Positions 39,951 to 49,874 of a stretch of 64,000 nucleotides of DNA are shown here, one piece after another. Made by a program: the position numbers and the translations under genes. The DNA lies in assembly GCA_964628055.1 (NCBI GenBank), contig CAZVNL010000001.1, forward strand, positions 106,170 to 170,169. Direction: 5' to 3'. The DNA comes from an uncultured bacterium (lineage in GTDB: Bacteria; Fidelibacterota; Marinisomatia; Marinisomatales; TCS56). Below the pieces are notes generated by a model that worked only from the letters and a program-made list of their open reading frames with translations, did no database searches and had not been told where the DNA came from. Position 1 is the first letter of the stretch. Each line of letters opens with the position of its first letter.

Positions 39951-40952
39951 ATGAAAATAGCTTTGGATGTCATGGGGGGTGATTTCGCCCCCCAGGCGAC
40001 CATTCAAGGTGCCCTCCAAGCCCTACAACAAGCGGACTCCCAGTTTGAAATCGTCCTGGTGGGACCCGAAGACCGTATCCGCGCTGAACTGGGGCGGAGC
40101 ATGCCTCCCAAGGTTCACCTACACCTAGCCAACGAGATTGTTACCATGGATGACCGAGGTTCAAAAGTCCTGAAAACGAAACCAGACTCGTCACTGGTAC
40201 AGGGAATTCAATTAGTGAAAAAAGGGCAGGTAGACGGGTTTATCAGTGCCGGGAATACGGGTGCCATTATGGCTACGTCGCTCCTTTTGTTAGGTCGGAT
40301 CAAAGGCGTGCGTCGCCCAGCGTTAGGCGTTTATATTCCCACCCAAAAAGGGGGGAAAATATTATGCGACGTGGGCGCTAATCCCGAAGCAAAACCCCAT
40401 CACCTCCTGCAATTTGCCATCATGGCGGTCCATTACTTAAAACATGTAGAGGGAATAGAAAATCCCCTGGTGGGCCTGATCAACATTGGTATAGAGTCGA
40501 ATAAAGGCAGCGAACTCTATGTGGAAAGTTATCGACTGTTAAAAACGGGACTTCCCAACTTCATCGGTAATGTGGAAGGGCGTCATATTTTTACCACCGA
40601 GGCCCACGTGTTGGTGTGTGATGGTTTTGTGGGTAATACCCTATTAAAATTCGCTGAAGGGTGGATTTCTACCTTTGGGACCTTGATCAAAGAAAGCTTG
40701 CGCGAGAGACTTTCCTATCAACTTGGGGCGCTCCTGCTTAAACCGGTTTTCGAATCCATAAAAAAACAATACGATTATGAAGAACACGGAGGCACCCCGC
40801 TGTTGGGTATAAACGGCGTCTGCATCATCTCCCATGGCAGTTCCAGCGCCAAAGCCATAAAAAATTCCCTGTTGGTGGCCAAAAAATGCATCAAAGAAAA
40901 CCTTATCGAAGACATCCGTAAGGGTGTCACCCAATTCACATCAGAAGCATGA
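39951..40952 (+). CDS. plsX: Phosphate acyltransferase PlsX
   Basis: 333 aa. IALDVMGGDFAP, SAGNTGA and HGSS motifs. Confidence 0.95.
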   Translation: MKIALDVMGGDFAPQATIQGALQALQQADSQFEIVLVGPEDRIRAELGRSMPPKVHLHLANEIVTMDDRGSKVLKTKPDSSLVQGIQLVKKGQVDGFISAGNTGAIMATSLLLLGRIKGVRRPALGVYIPTQKGGKILCDVGANPEAKPHHLLQFAIMAVHYLKHVEGIENPLVGLINIGIESNKGSELYVESYRLLKTGLPNFIGNVEGRHIFTTEAHVLVCDGFVGNTLLKFAEGWISTFGTLIKESLRERLSYQLGALLLKPVFESIKKQYDYEEHGGTPLLGINGVCIISHGSSSAKAIKNSLLVAKKCIKENLIEDIRKGVTQFTSEA

Positions 40953-41938
40953 AAGCAACGATTACCGCTACGGGACGTTATCTTCCCGACCGCATTCTCA
41001 CGAACTCAGATTTAGAAAAAATCGTTGAGACATCGGATGAATGGATCCGGACGCGTACCGGCATTTCGGAAAGAAGGGTTGTCGCCAAGGGGCAAGCTTC
41101 CTCAGACATGGCCACGCACGTGGCCCGACAACTATTACAACGGTCACAAACCCATCCCGAAGCCATTGACACCATCATCGTGGCGACGGTCACACCCGAC
41201 ATGTTTTTCCCTTCCACAGCGGCTCTGGTTCAAGCTAATATTGGCGCGCAAAACGCCTGGGGCTTTGATCTCTCGGGGGCCTGCACAGGTTTTCTATACG
41301 CACTTGACACTGGTACCCGCTTTGTTGAATCCGGTCGCTACCAGAAAGTTATGGTGATTGGCGTAGACACCATGAGTGCCATTGTGGATTATACGGACCG
41401 CAATACCTGTGTCCTTTTCGGCGACGGCGCGGGGGGCGTACTCTTAGAACCCAGTGACGGTGAAGCGGGGATTATCGATTCTCTCCTCCATCTCGACGGC
41501 ACCGGTGGCGACTACCTGTTTATGCGCGGCGGGGGTAGTCTCCACCCTGCCTCTCACGAAACAGTAGACCAGCGCATGCATTTTATTTATCAGGACGGTA
41601 GAACGGTGTACAAATTCGCCGTAAAAGGCATGGCCAACGTCAGCGCTGAAATCCTGGAACGCAACGGTTTCACAGGCCAGGACGTAAAATTGTTTATCCC
41701 TCACCAGGCCAACAAACGAATTATTGAAGCCACCGCCAAACGGTGCCAATTCACCGATGACCAAATGCTCATTAACATCGACAAATACGGCAACACCACT
41801 GCGGCCACCATCCCCATTGGCATGGACGAGGCCCTGGAAAATAAGCGCCTAAAAAAAGGTGACTTGTTATTATTAGCTGCTTTCGGTGCCGGTTTTTCCT
41901 GGGGAAGTATCCTGATCCGTTGGGGGGAATGTTCATGA
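40949..41938 (+). CDS. fabH: 3-oxoacyl-ACP synthase III (FabH)
   Basis: 329 aa. Active-site GACTGF, HQAN and GNTTAA motifs. Confidence 0.95.
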   Translation: MKATITATGRYLPDRILTNSDLEKIVETSDEWIRTRTGISERRVVAKGQASSDMATHVARQLLQRSQTHPEAIDTIIVATVTPDMFFPSTAALVQANIGAQNAWGFDLSGACTGFLYALDTGTRFVESGRYQKVMVIGVDTMSAIVDYTDRNTCVLFGDGAGGVLLEPSDGEAGIIDSLLHLDGTGGDYLFMRGGGSLHPASHETVDQRMHFIYQDGRTVYKFAVKGMANVSAEILERNGFTGQDVKLFIPHQANKRIIEATAKRCQFTDDQMLINIDKYGNTTAATIPIGMDEALENKRLKKGDLLLLAAFGAGFSWGSILIRWGECS

Positions 41939-42852
41939 AAACAGCCTATCTTTTCCCCGGCCAGGGATCCCAAGTTGTGGGGATGGGTCAAGACCTCTAC
42001 CAAGAAACCGATTTAGGATATAAATATTACCACCGGGCAAACAAGATATTGCAAACGGACATTCAAACGATCTCTTTTCAAGGGCCAGCAGAAATTTTAC
42101 GGCAGACGCAACACACCCAACCGGCCCTATTTACCGTTAGCGTTATCTTGGGACAATTATTACAGGAACAAAACCAGGAACCCCACTGCGTTGCTGGCCA
42201 CAGTCTCGGCGAGTACTCCGCCCTCACGGTAGCAGGAGCTTTTGATTTCGCCACGGGTTTGGATTTAGTGAATACCCGCGCCCGGGGCATGCAGGCTGCT
42301 GGGCAAACAAATCCCGGAACCATGGCCGCTATTATCGGATTAGATGATGATGTGGTCCAAACTCTCACTGAAGAGATAGAAGGGATCGTTACGGCGGCCA
42401 ACTTTAATGCTCCCGGTCAAGTGGTTATCTCTGGGGAAGTCCCGGCCGTTCAAGAGGTTATGACCAGGGCCCAAGCACGAGGCGCCCGGCGGACAATCCA
42501 ATTAAATGTCAGCGGCGCGTTTCATTCTCCTCTCATGGCTCCTGCTCGAGAAGTCCTTGCAGAGAAATTACAGACCATCGAAATTCACGATACTAGTATC
42601 CCCGTATATATCAATGTATCAGCCCAGGCAACAACATCAGCAGATACAATCCGCGAGGGACTGTTAAACCAGTTAGAGCAACCGGTGCTTTGGCAGGCAA
42701 CGATAACCAATATGATCAATGATGGAGTAGAGGCCTTCGTCGAGGTAGGCCCCGGGCGGGTGCTCCAGGGTTTGACCCGTCGAATTAATCGCTACGTCCA
42801 TACCCGCGGAATTGACTCTCTGGCTGCTCTAAAGGAATACTGCCGTGTTTGA
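41935..42852 (+). CDS. fabD: Malonyl-CoA--ACP transacylase (FabD)
   Basis: FPGQGSQ, the GHSLGEYSA nucleophile elbow, and GAFHS. I set the start at ATG 41935 (ATGA overlap with the fabH stop). Confidence 0.95.
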   Translation: MKTAYLFPGQGSQVVGMGQDLYQETDLGYKYYHRANKILQTDIQTISFQGPAEILRQTQHTQPALFTVSVILGQLLQEQNQEPHCVAGHSLGEYSALTVAGAFDFATGLDLVNTRARGMQAAGQTNPGTMAAIIGLDDDVVQTLTEEIEGIVTAANFNAPGQVVISGEVPAVQEVMTRAQARGARRTIQLNVSGAFHSPLMAPAREVLAEKLQTIEIHDTSIPVYINVSAQATTSADTIREGLLNQLEQPVLWQATITNMINDGVEAFVEVGPGRVLQGLTRRINRYVHTRGIDSLAALKEYCRV

Positions 42853-43591
42853 ACTCGCCGGAAAAACGGCCCTGGTCACCGGCGCCTCCCGGGGTATCGG
42901 GAAAGCCATCGCCTTAAGGCTCGCCGAAGCCAGCGCTCACGTGGTGTGCATCAGTCGCTCCGAAGTGGCACTGAAACAAACCGTTGCGGAAATTACATCC
43001 CGGGACTGGCAAGCAACCGTTGAAGTCTGTGACGTCACTAAACCTGACCTAATTCAAACGCTGGTAAAAACCATTTTGGAGCGTCTGGGGCGCATCGACA
43101 TCCTGGTGAATAACGCTGGTATTACCAGGGATAACCTGCTCATGCGCATGTCTACTGATGATTGGCAAACGGTTCTGGATGTAAATTTGAATGGTGCCTT
43201 TCACACTATTAAAGCTGTTACCCGTCCCATGCTACGGCAACGATTTGGGCGGATTATTAACATCTCCTCAGTGGTGGGACTTACCGGCAATGCCGGGCAG
43301 GCCAATTATGCCGCCTCCAAAGCTGGTTTGATGGGCTTAACTAAGGCTACCGCCAAAGAGTTGGCTTCCCGGGGAATAACGGTCAATTGTATCGCCCCTG
43401 GTTATATCGAAACTGATATGACCGCCAACTTATCAAAGGAAGTAAAAGAGAATTTACACAAGCAAATCCCTCTTGGCCGGATTGGCCGACCCGACGACGT
43501 GGGAACCTTAGTAGTCTTCCTGGCGTCGGAAGAGGCAGGGTATATCACCGGGCAGACGATCGCCGTTGACGGTGGTATGACGATGCAATAA
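42845..43591 (+). CDS. fabG: 3-oxoacyl-ACP reductase (FabG)
   Basis: 248 aa SDR. TGASRGIG, NNAG and YAASKAG (YxxxK). Confidence 0.95.
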   Translation: MFELAGKTALVTGASRGIGKAIALRLAEASAHVVCISRSEVALKQTVAEITSRDWQATVEVCDVTKPDLIQTLVKTILERLGRIDILVNNAGITRDNLLMRMSTDDWQTVLDVNLNGAFHTIKAVTRPMLRQRFGRIINISSVVGLTGNAGQANYAASKAGLMGLTKATAKELASRGITVNCIAPGYIETDMTANLSKEVKENLHKQIPLGRIGRPDDVGTLVVFLASEEAGYITGQTIAVDGGMTMQ

Positions 43592-43609
43592 CGAACAAGG
43601 AGGTCTTTC

Positions 43610-43837
43610 ATGTCCACATTCGACAAAGTCAAAGAAGTCATCATCGACAAATTGGGTGTCGAGGAGGAAAAAATCACTCCCGAAGCATCCTTTGTAGATG
43701 ATTTGGGTGCCGATTCTCTGGATACAGTGGAGTTAATCATGCAATTTGAAGAGGAATTCGGGATTGAAATTCCCGACGAGGATGCGGAAAAAATCACCAC
43801 CGTTGGTGCAGCCATAGAATATATCGACAGTAAGTAA
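43610..43837 (+). CDS. acpP: Acyl carrier protein
   Basis: 75 aa. [12 protein letters not shown] phosphopantetheine attachment site. Confidence 0.97.
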   Translation: MSTFDKVKEVIIDKLGVEEEKITPEASFVDDLGADSLDTVELIMQFEEEFGIEIPDEDAEKITTVGAAIEYIDSK

Positions 43838-43843
43838 GACCCA

Positions 43844-45085
43844 ATGAATCGAAGAGTGGTCATTACGGGTTTAGGTGTTCTGGCACCTAACGGCAACAGC
43901 GTCTCCGAGTACTGGAAAGCGCTCCTTGCCGGGCAAAGCGGGATTAACCAGATCACTTATTTTGACACGACCGACTTTCCCGTGCAGATTGCCGGGGAGC
44001 TGAAAGGGTTTGATCCTATGGATCATTTCGATCGCCGGGAAGCACGGAAACTGGACCCTTTTTCTATCTTCGCCCTGGTGGCCGCAAAAGAAGCCCTGCA
44101 ACAGGCCGGTTTGGACAAAGATGATCACAACCCCGATCGGATCGGCGTCATGTTAGGATCGGGTGTTGGTGGGATTCAAACCTTGGAACAGCAACACCGG
44201 ATCTTAATAAAGCGGGGTCCCAGAAGAATCTCCCCCTACTTTGTCCCTATGATGATCATCAACATCGCCGCCGGTCAGGTAGCCATGCACTGGAATTTCC
44301 GTGGACCAAATCAAACGGTCAGCTCAGCCTGCGCTTCAGCAACGGATGCCATCGGAATCGCCTTCCGAATGATTCAAGCAGGAACTGCGGATGTCATGGT
44401 TGCCGGGGGAACGGAAGCTTGCATCGCTCCCCTTCCAATCGCCGGTTTTGCCAACATGAAGGCCCTCTCCACTCGGAATGAGGATCCTCAGGGCGCCAGT
44501 CGTCCATTTGATAAGGACCGGGATGGCTTCGTGATGGGCGAAGGAGCCGGAGTTCTCATCCTGGAATCCCAAGCACACGCTCTACAGCGGGGTGCTGTTA
44601 TCATGGCCGAAGTCGCCGGATATGGAGCAACGAACGATGCCTTCCACATCACTCAACCAGCTCCCGGAGGCGCCGGAGCCGTCAAGGCCATGCAAGCAGC
44701 CATCCAGGATGCAAATCTCGACCCGCAAGATATCCAGTACATTAACGCCCACGGCACTTCCACACCGTACAATGATAAAAACGAAACCATGGCTATTAAA
44801 GAAGTCTTCGGCCAGCACGCATACAACCTAAAAGTGAGTTCCACAAAATCGATGACTGGTCATTTGTTAGGAGCCAGTGGAGCCGTGGAAGCCATTGCAT
44901 CGGTAATGGCCATCAAGGAAGATATGGTACCGCCAACCATTAATTATACCACCCCGGACTCTGAGTGTAACCTGGACTACGTCCCCAATGAGGCTCAACC
45001 CCTTTCCGTAGAGGCCGCCCTCTCAAACACCTTTGGATTTGGGGGACATAACGCAGTTATCTGTATCCGTCGCTGGATTGAATAG
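43844..45085 (+). CDS. fabF: 3-oxoacyl-ACP synthase II (FabF)
   Basis: 413 aa. Active-site SSACAS, the HGTSTP His, and GHLLGASG. Confidence 0.95.
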   Translation: MNRRVVITGLGVLAPNGNSVSEYWKALLAGQSGINQITYFDTTDFPVQIAGELKGFDPMDHFDRREARKLDPFSIFALVAAKEALQQAGLDKDDHNPDRIGVMLGSGVGGIQTLEQQHRILIKRGPRRISPYFVPMMIINIAAGQVAMHWNFRGPNQTVSSACASATDAIGIAFRMIQAGTADVMVAGGTEACIAPLPIAGFANMKALSTRNEDPQGASRPFDKDRDGFVMGEGAGVLILESQAHALQRGAVIMAEVAGYGATNDAFHITQPAPGGAGAVKAMQAAIQDANLDPQDIQYINAHGTSTPYNDKNETMAIKEVFGQHAYNLKVSSTKSMTGHLLGASGAVEAIASVMAIKEDMVPPTINYTTPDSECNLDYVPNEAQPLSVEAALSNTFGFGGHNAVICIRRWIE

Positions 45086-45086
45086 G

Positions 45087-45800
45087 GTGTCCCTTTTTAG
45101 TTATTTTTTCCGGCGCTCCGCACCACAACCTTACGAAACCCTACAAAACCAAATAAACTACCGCTTTCGCCATCCGGAGTACCTAATACAGGCATTTCGG
45201 CACCGTTCAGTAGATACGCGACCGCGGCAGAATTACGAACGCCTGGAGTTCTTAGGTGACGCTGTAGTGGATATTATTATAAGCCGGGAATTAATGGCGG
45301 AATTCCCCGAGGGCGATGAAGGGCTGTTGACCCAAAAACGCTCCGCCCTGGTACAAAAGTCCTTCTTGGGAACAATGGGCAAAATACTCAATTTACTGGA
45401 CTATTTAGAAATTGAACCCACGGTGAATTTGCAGAACGAAAAGGTAGCGAATAAACAATATGCAAACCTGTTTGAAGCCTTGGTGGGCGCTCTTTTTTTA
45501 GACGGGGGTTTAAAACCAGCCCGTCGACTCGTCTTAGAAACGGTCTGGCGGAACCGTTACAACGCCTGGGAAAGTGTGAATTATAAAGGTCAACTCATCG
45601 AATATTGCCACGCTCACCAAATTGGTAACCCTAAATTTCAAATTACCGATGTCTCCGGACCCGATCACCAGAAGCTCTTTGAAGTTCACGTTCGTATTGG
45701 TTCAAAGACCTTTCCCACCGGGATTGGGTTTGATAAAAAATCAGCCGAACAAGCGGCAGCACAACAGGCGTTGGATGCTTTAGAAAAGAGCGCTACTTAA
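45087..45800 (+). CDS. rnc: Ribonuclease III
   Basis: RNase III signature ERLEFLGDAV, plus FEALVGALFLD and a C-terminal dsRBD (KSAEQAAAQQAL). I moved the start to GTG 45087, directly after the fabF stop. The tracked TTG at 45033 would overlap fabF by 53 nt. Confidence 0.9.
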   Translation: MSLFSYFFRRSAPQPYETLQNQINYRFRHPEYLIQAFRHRSVDTRPRQNYERLEFLGDAVVDIIISRELMAEFPEGDEGLLTQKRSALVQKSFLGTMGKILNLLDYLEIEPTVNLQNEKVANKQYANLFEALVGALFLDGGLKPARRLVLETVWRNRYNAWESVNYKGQLIEYCHAHQIGNPKFQITDVSGPDHQKLFEVHVRIGSKTFPTGIGFDKKSAEQAAAQQALDALEKSAT

Positions 45801-46348
45801 GATTTTAATTCCTTCAAGCGATCCCGGATACGGGCGGCCACTTCGTACTTCTCCTCCTCAATAGCTTTTTGTAACCGTTTCTCTAAAAGTTGACGACTGG
45901 TCACCTGCGACTTTTCTACTTCTACCTTGATATCTTCCTCTTCCCCTTCGATAATGGCCGCTTCTTCCAGAACCTTATCGGCTACTAAGATGGGGGCCGA
46001 AAGCCGCAACGCTACCGCCAGGGCATCACTAGGGCGGGAATCTATGGAACGCTTACCGATCGTCTTCCCCCGTAGTTCCATCCGGGCATAAAAAACACCC
46101 TCCCGCAACTCGGTGATTTTAACCGCCGTCAGTTTACTGCCAATTTCACGGATGATGTTGCCAATGAGATCGTGGGTTAAAGGACGGAGCGTTTCCATAA
46201 ACTCTAACGAAATGGCAATGGCCTGAGCTTCGAAGGCCCCTACAATGACCGGGAGTTTGCGTGGACCATTGATTTCTTTAAGGACCACCGCATAACTACG
46301 ACTGGGAGGATGGAAAGAAATCTTGTTTACTTTTACCGGAATCATCAT
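45797..46348 (-). CDS. Bifunctional nuclease (DUF151/BFN) family protein with C-terminal UVR motif
   Basis: MIPVKVNKISFHPPSRSYAVVLKE...KLPVIVGAFEAQAIAISL...RPLTHDL..., RPSDALAVALR, and a C-terminal EEEKYEVAARIRDRLKELK (UvrB/C-like). The likely start is MMIPV (46348). The tracked ORF extends to 46390. Confidence 0.8.
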   Translation of the reverse strand: MMIPVKVNKISFHPPSRSYAVVLKEINGPRKLPVIVGAFEAQAIAISLEFMETLRPLTHDLIGNIIREIGSKLTAVKITELREGVFYARMELRGKTIGKRSIDSRPSDALAVALRLSAPILVADKVLEEAAIIEGEEEDIKVEVEKSQVTSRQLLEKRLQKAIEEEKYEVAARIRDRLKELKS

Positions 46349-46400
46349 GGAGTCCACCTGCGCTAAATATAGGTTAAGTAGAAACGTCAAACAATCATTT

Positions 46401-47456
46401 TCACAGTGGGATTTTCGCCAATTCTGCTTTCAATCGTGAAATCCTATCTACCGGTGTGGGATCGGTGCCATGCAAACGCGCACACCAATAACTAACCCAG
46501 TCTCCAAAGTGAATTAAGTGTAAATAACGTTCCAGCTGCGATGATCCATCTACTTGAATGACTTCTTGTGCAAGACCCAGGGGTTCCAGGAGTTGACGAG
46601 TAATCCGTTGCCGGTGTTGAACGCGCTTCTGGTCGGCCTTATCTCGAATCCACAGGACACTTAAATACTGGAAAAAGTCCTCATTATTCTTCCAGCCGAC
46701 GATTTCATTATGGTTCATCTCCGGAAGATCATTGTGGTAGGCCAGCATTTTAGCATTCTCGCAAAACTGACCCTTCCAGCGCAACGCAATCACGGAAGTC
46801 GCTTCCGTCTCGCCGTAAAGAATAGGAATGGTGCGGTAAATCTTACGAGCCAAGGCATAAGTCGGATTATCTACCCTTTCCAACGTGTAGGAATCCCGTA
46901 TATTCCGGAGACGTTCCACAGCCGCTGATAATTTGTCTTGAAAGTGCATTTCTAATAGACCACCTTTTTTCAGCAAATAAAGCATGGGAACAAAAGAAAA
47001 ACCCAGTGCGGCACGCGGTTGTAAGCCCCCCGGGATCGTAACGACATCATAGCTGTTCCTCCGCAACCGGGAGGTTAATTCCCCACCGGTGGATATCCCA
47101 CAGATCTGAGCCTGTCGCTCCCGGGCCTGTTGAAAAACACTCAGCGTCTCTTCAGTGTTACCGGAATAGGAGGAACAAATCACTAAGGTACTAGCGTCGA
47201 CCCATACCGGTAGCTGGTAATTCCGAACGACCAGTATCGGAATGGGCATTTCATCCAGGATAAGCACTCGACAAAGATCACCGCCAATAGCCGATCCTCC
47301 CATACCAGCGATAATAACCGCAGCTACGTTGCCGTAAGCCTGTTTTAAGGAAATCCGTTCCCCGATGGACATGGCTTGGGCGATGTGGTTAGGAAAGTCA
47401 TAAATGGCTTTAAGCATGTTTTGGGGATCTTGAGAAGATGAGGTCATGTTAGGCAT
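46401..47456 (-). CDS. Bifunctional phosphoglucose/phosphomannose isomerase (SIS domain)
   Basis: 351 aa. GMGGSAIGGD and SYSGNTEET SIS motifs, with a C-terminal PGI/PMI-type domain. Confidence 0.8.
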   Translation of the reverse strand: MPNMTSSSQDPQNMLKAIYDFPNHIAQAMSIGERISLKQAYGNVAAVIIAGMGGSAIGGDLCRVLILDEMPIPILVVRNYQLPVWVDASTLVICSSYSGNTEETLSVFQQARERQAQICGISTGGELTSRLRRNSYDVVTIPGGLQPRAALGFSFVPMLYLLKKGGLLEMHFQDKLSAAVERLRNIRDSYTLERVDNPTYALARKIYRTIPILYGETEATSVIALRWKGQFCENAKMLAYHNDLPEMNHNEIVGWKNNEDFFQYLSVLWIRDKADQKRVQHRQRITRQLLEPLGLAQEVIQVDGSSQLERYLHLIHFGDWVSYWCARLHGTDPTPVDRISRLKAELAKIPL

Positions 47457-48429
47457 TTCTCCTGGCTACCATGTTAGTAAACTGTTTAATTAAATCACGG
47501 CCTGGTGGGGGGAATACTTCCAGGTCACGATCCACTAAAGTAAAATAGTTATCGGCAAGATCCACCACCTGGCGGTAGACCCCGATCTCGGTAAAATAAT
47601 CCTTCAACACTAAGAGTTGCTCTTCAATGGGTTTCGAAACTGAATCCGATAATACCTTCTGCCAGCGCATGGGAGACGCCCGGCGGGCTAAAATCGTAAG
47701 TGCCGTCTGCTTCCCCGCGATTATATCACTGCCCTGGCTCTTCCCCAACGTTTGGGAATCCCCATAGATTTCCAAAAGATCGTCTTGGATTTGAAAAGCA
47801 ATGCCTAGATGAATGCCAAAAGAATAGAGACGTTGTAAGATGGAATCCTCCTGGTCCCCTAAGATCCCACCCAACTGGGCACATAAAGCTAACAAGGCAC
47901 CGGTCTTTTTCTCGATCATAGTCAAATACTGATCCATGTTGACGGTATAATTAGCTTCAAATTCCTTGTCGTAAGCCTGCCCTTCGCATACCATCAAGGC
48001 CGCCTTATTAAAAGCGCAGATAGCTGGAAGGGTATTGGTCTTCACCCGACAGATAAACTCCTGGGCCCAGGCAAAGAGACCATCTCCCGTTAAAACGGCT
48101 GTAGAATCATCCCATTGGCAATAAACGGTTGGTTTATTGTGACGGCGTTCATCCCGATCCATAATATCGTCGTGGACCAGGGTAAAATTATGTAGCAACT
48201 CCACCGCCAGGGCAGCGGATAGAACCTCTTCCTCGTCGGCCCTAAACGCCTGGCTGCTGAGATAAACCAAAATGGGGCGCAGGCGTTTCCCACTCCCCTG
48301 TAGAGCATAGCGAACGGGGGTGTAAAGGTAGTCAGGTTCTTTCGGAAGGGGTAATTGAGCGAGAGCGGTGTTTATTTTTTCCCGAAAGGCGTCAATTTCC
48401 CGGAGCGCTAATTCAGTGTCTAACATCAA
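47449..48429 (-). CDS. Polyprenyl diphosphate synthase (short-chain, FPP/GGPP-type)
   Basis: 326 aa. First Asp-rich motif LVHDDIMDRDERRHNKP, second FQIQDDLLEIYGD. An aromatic residue (F) lies five positions before the first motif. Confidence 0.88.
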   Translation of the reverse strand: MMLDTELALREIDAFREKINTALAQLPLPKEPDYLYTPVRYALQGSGKRLRPILVYLSSQAFRADEEEVLSAALAVELLHNFTLVHDDIMDRDERRHNKPTVYCQWDDSTAVLTGDGLFAWAQEFICRVKTNTLPAICAFNKAALMVCEGQAYDKEFEANYTVNMDQYLTMIEKKTGALLALCAQLGGILGDQEDSILQRLYSFGIHLGIAFQIQDDLLEIYGDSQTLGKSQGSDIIAGKQTALTILARRASPMRWQKVLSDSVSKPIEEQLLVLKDYFTEIGVYRQVVDLADNYFTLVDRDLEVFPPPGRDLIKQFTNMVARRNA

Positions 48430-49783
48430 TTCTCAACTGGCCAAAGGATTGTAACTTTTCCAATACGAGGGATTTGATTTCGGTCATCCGTTCAGGCGTA
48501 GCCGCTTCGAACCGACAGACAATGACCGGTTGCGTGTTGGAGGCCCTTACCAAACCCCATCCATCACCGAATTTGATCCGAACTCCGTCGATGGTTACGC
48601 AATCATAATGTTCAGTAAAATAGGACACTGCTTCCTGGGCAATGCGGAATTTTTCTTCATCAGATTCCGCTTCCAAACGCATTTCAGGTGTGGAGAAGTA
48701 ACGGGGTAACTCGTTTACCAAAGCGGAGAGAGACTTAGAACCCCGGGATAACATCTGGGCCGCACGGGCAGCCACGTAAACGGCATCGTCGTAACCGAAA
48801 TAATCGTCGGCGAAAAAAATATGCCCACTCATCTCACCACCCAATTTACAACCCAATTCACCCATTTTCTGTTTAATGAGGGAATGACCAGTTTTATACA
48901 TCACCGGATTTCCACCAAAATACAGGATTCGATCTTCCAGGGCCTGGGAGCACTTCACATCGAAGAGAATGTCTTCTCCATCGGTAATTACCTCGGGGAG
49001 AAAACAGGCCAGCAATTGGTCGGCCCACACGATTGCGCCACGCTCGTCCACAATACCGATACGGTCAGCATCCCCGTCAAAAGCCACACCCATGTCGTAG
49101 CCACCAGATTTCACCGTTTCAATTAGATCAGCCAAATTCTCCTTCACCGTAGGGTCAGGATGATGGTTGGGAAAAGTCCCATCCACATCACAATAGAGTT
49201 CCGTGAGTTGAACCCCCAATTCCCGAAATATCTTAGGCGCCACCAATCCCCCGGTCGCATTCCCACAATCCATGACGATGCGTAAGGAACGATGCAAATG
49301 GACTTTGCTAAGAATCATCTGGATGTAATCGTCCTTTATGCGGTACCTGGTTTCAAACCCTGTTCCCTGCTCAAAGGCGTGTTCCTCAATGATATTACGA
49401 ATTTCCTGAATGGCCTCGCCATAGACAGCTTTTTTAAAAAGGGATAGTTTAAAACCGTTAAACTCGGGAGGGTTGTGACTGCCGGTGATCTGGACAGCCC
49501 CGGCCACGTCTAATTTGTACATGCTATAGTAGTTGACTGGCGTAGGAATAATACCCAGGGTAATCACATCCAACCCGGTGGAAAGAACCCCTTCCTTGAA
49601 GGCCTCGATTAACTGGGGAGTCGTGAGACGGACATCCCCGCTCAAGGTGATTTCCCGGCCTCCCTGGCGCAGGACATACGTCCCGAACCCCTGACCTAAG
49701 AGATTCACTACATGGGGTGGGAAATCATTCTCAACCTTACCCCGAATGTCGTACTCACGAAAAATATAGGGATTGATATTCAC
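48413..49783 (-). CDS. Phosphomannomutase/phosphoglucomutase
   Basis: 456 aa. Phosphoserine loop TGSHNPPEFNGFK, metal loop FDGDADR, and GGEMSGH. Confidence 0.92.
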   Translation of the reverse strand: MNINPYIFREYDIRGKVENDFPPHVVNLLGQGFGTYVLRQGGREITLSGDVRLTTPQLIEAFKEGVLSTGLDVITLGIIPTPVNYYSMYKLDVAGAVQITGSHNPPEFNGFKLSLFKKAVYGEAIQEIRNIIEEHAFEQGTGFETRYRIKDDYIQMILSKVHLHRSLRIVMDCGNATGGLVAPKIFRELGVQLTELYCDVDGTFPNHHPDPTVKENLADLIETVKSGGYDMGVAFDGDADRIGIVDERGAIVWADQLLACFLPEVITDGEDILFDVKCSQALEDRILYFGGNPVMYKTGHSLIKQKMGELGCKLGGEMSGHIFFADDYFGYDDAVYVAARAAQMLSRGSKSLSALVNELPRYFSTPEMRLEAESDEEKFRIAQEAVSYFTEHYDCVTIDGVRIKFGDGWGLVRASNTQPVIVCRFEAATPERMTEIKSLVLEKLQSFGQLRIDVRH

Positions 49784-49874
49784 GATGTCACCTCTTAATA
49801 GTTGCTAAAATCTAAAAAAGAATTGAGTCTTCCTGGATAGTATTTTCAGCGAATCGACGTAGGGTTGGTTCTAA

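Noticed and set aside
43402-43956. 184-aa minus-strand ORF
   Set aside because: It runs antisense across the fabG 3' end, acpP and the fabF 5' end, all of which are unambiguous. It is a shadow ORF.
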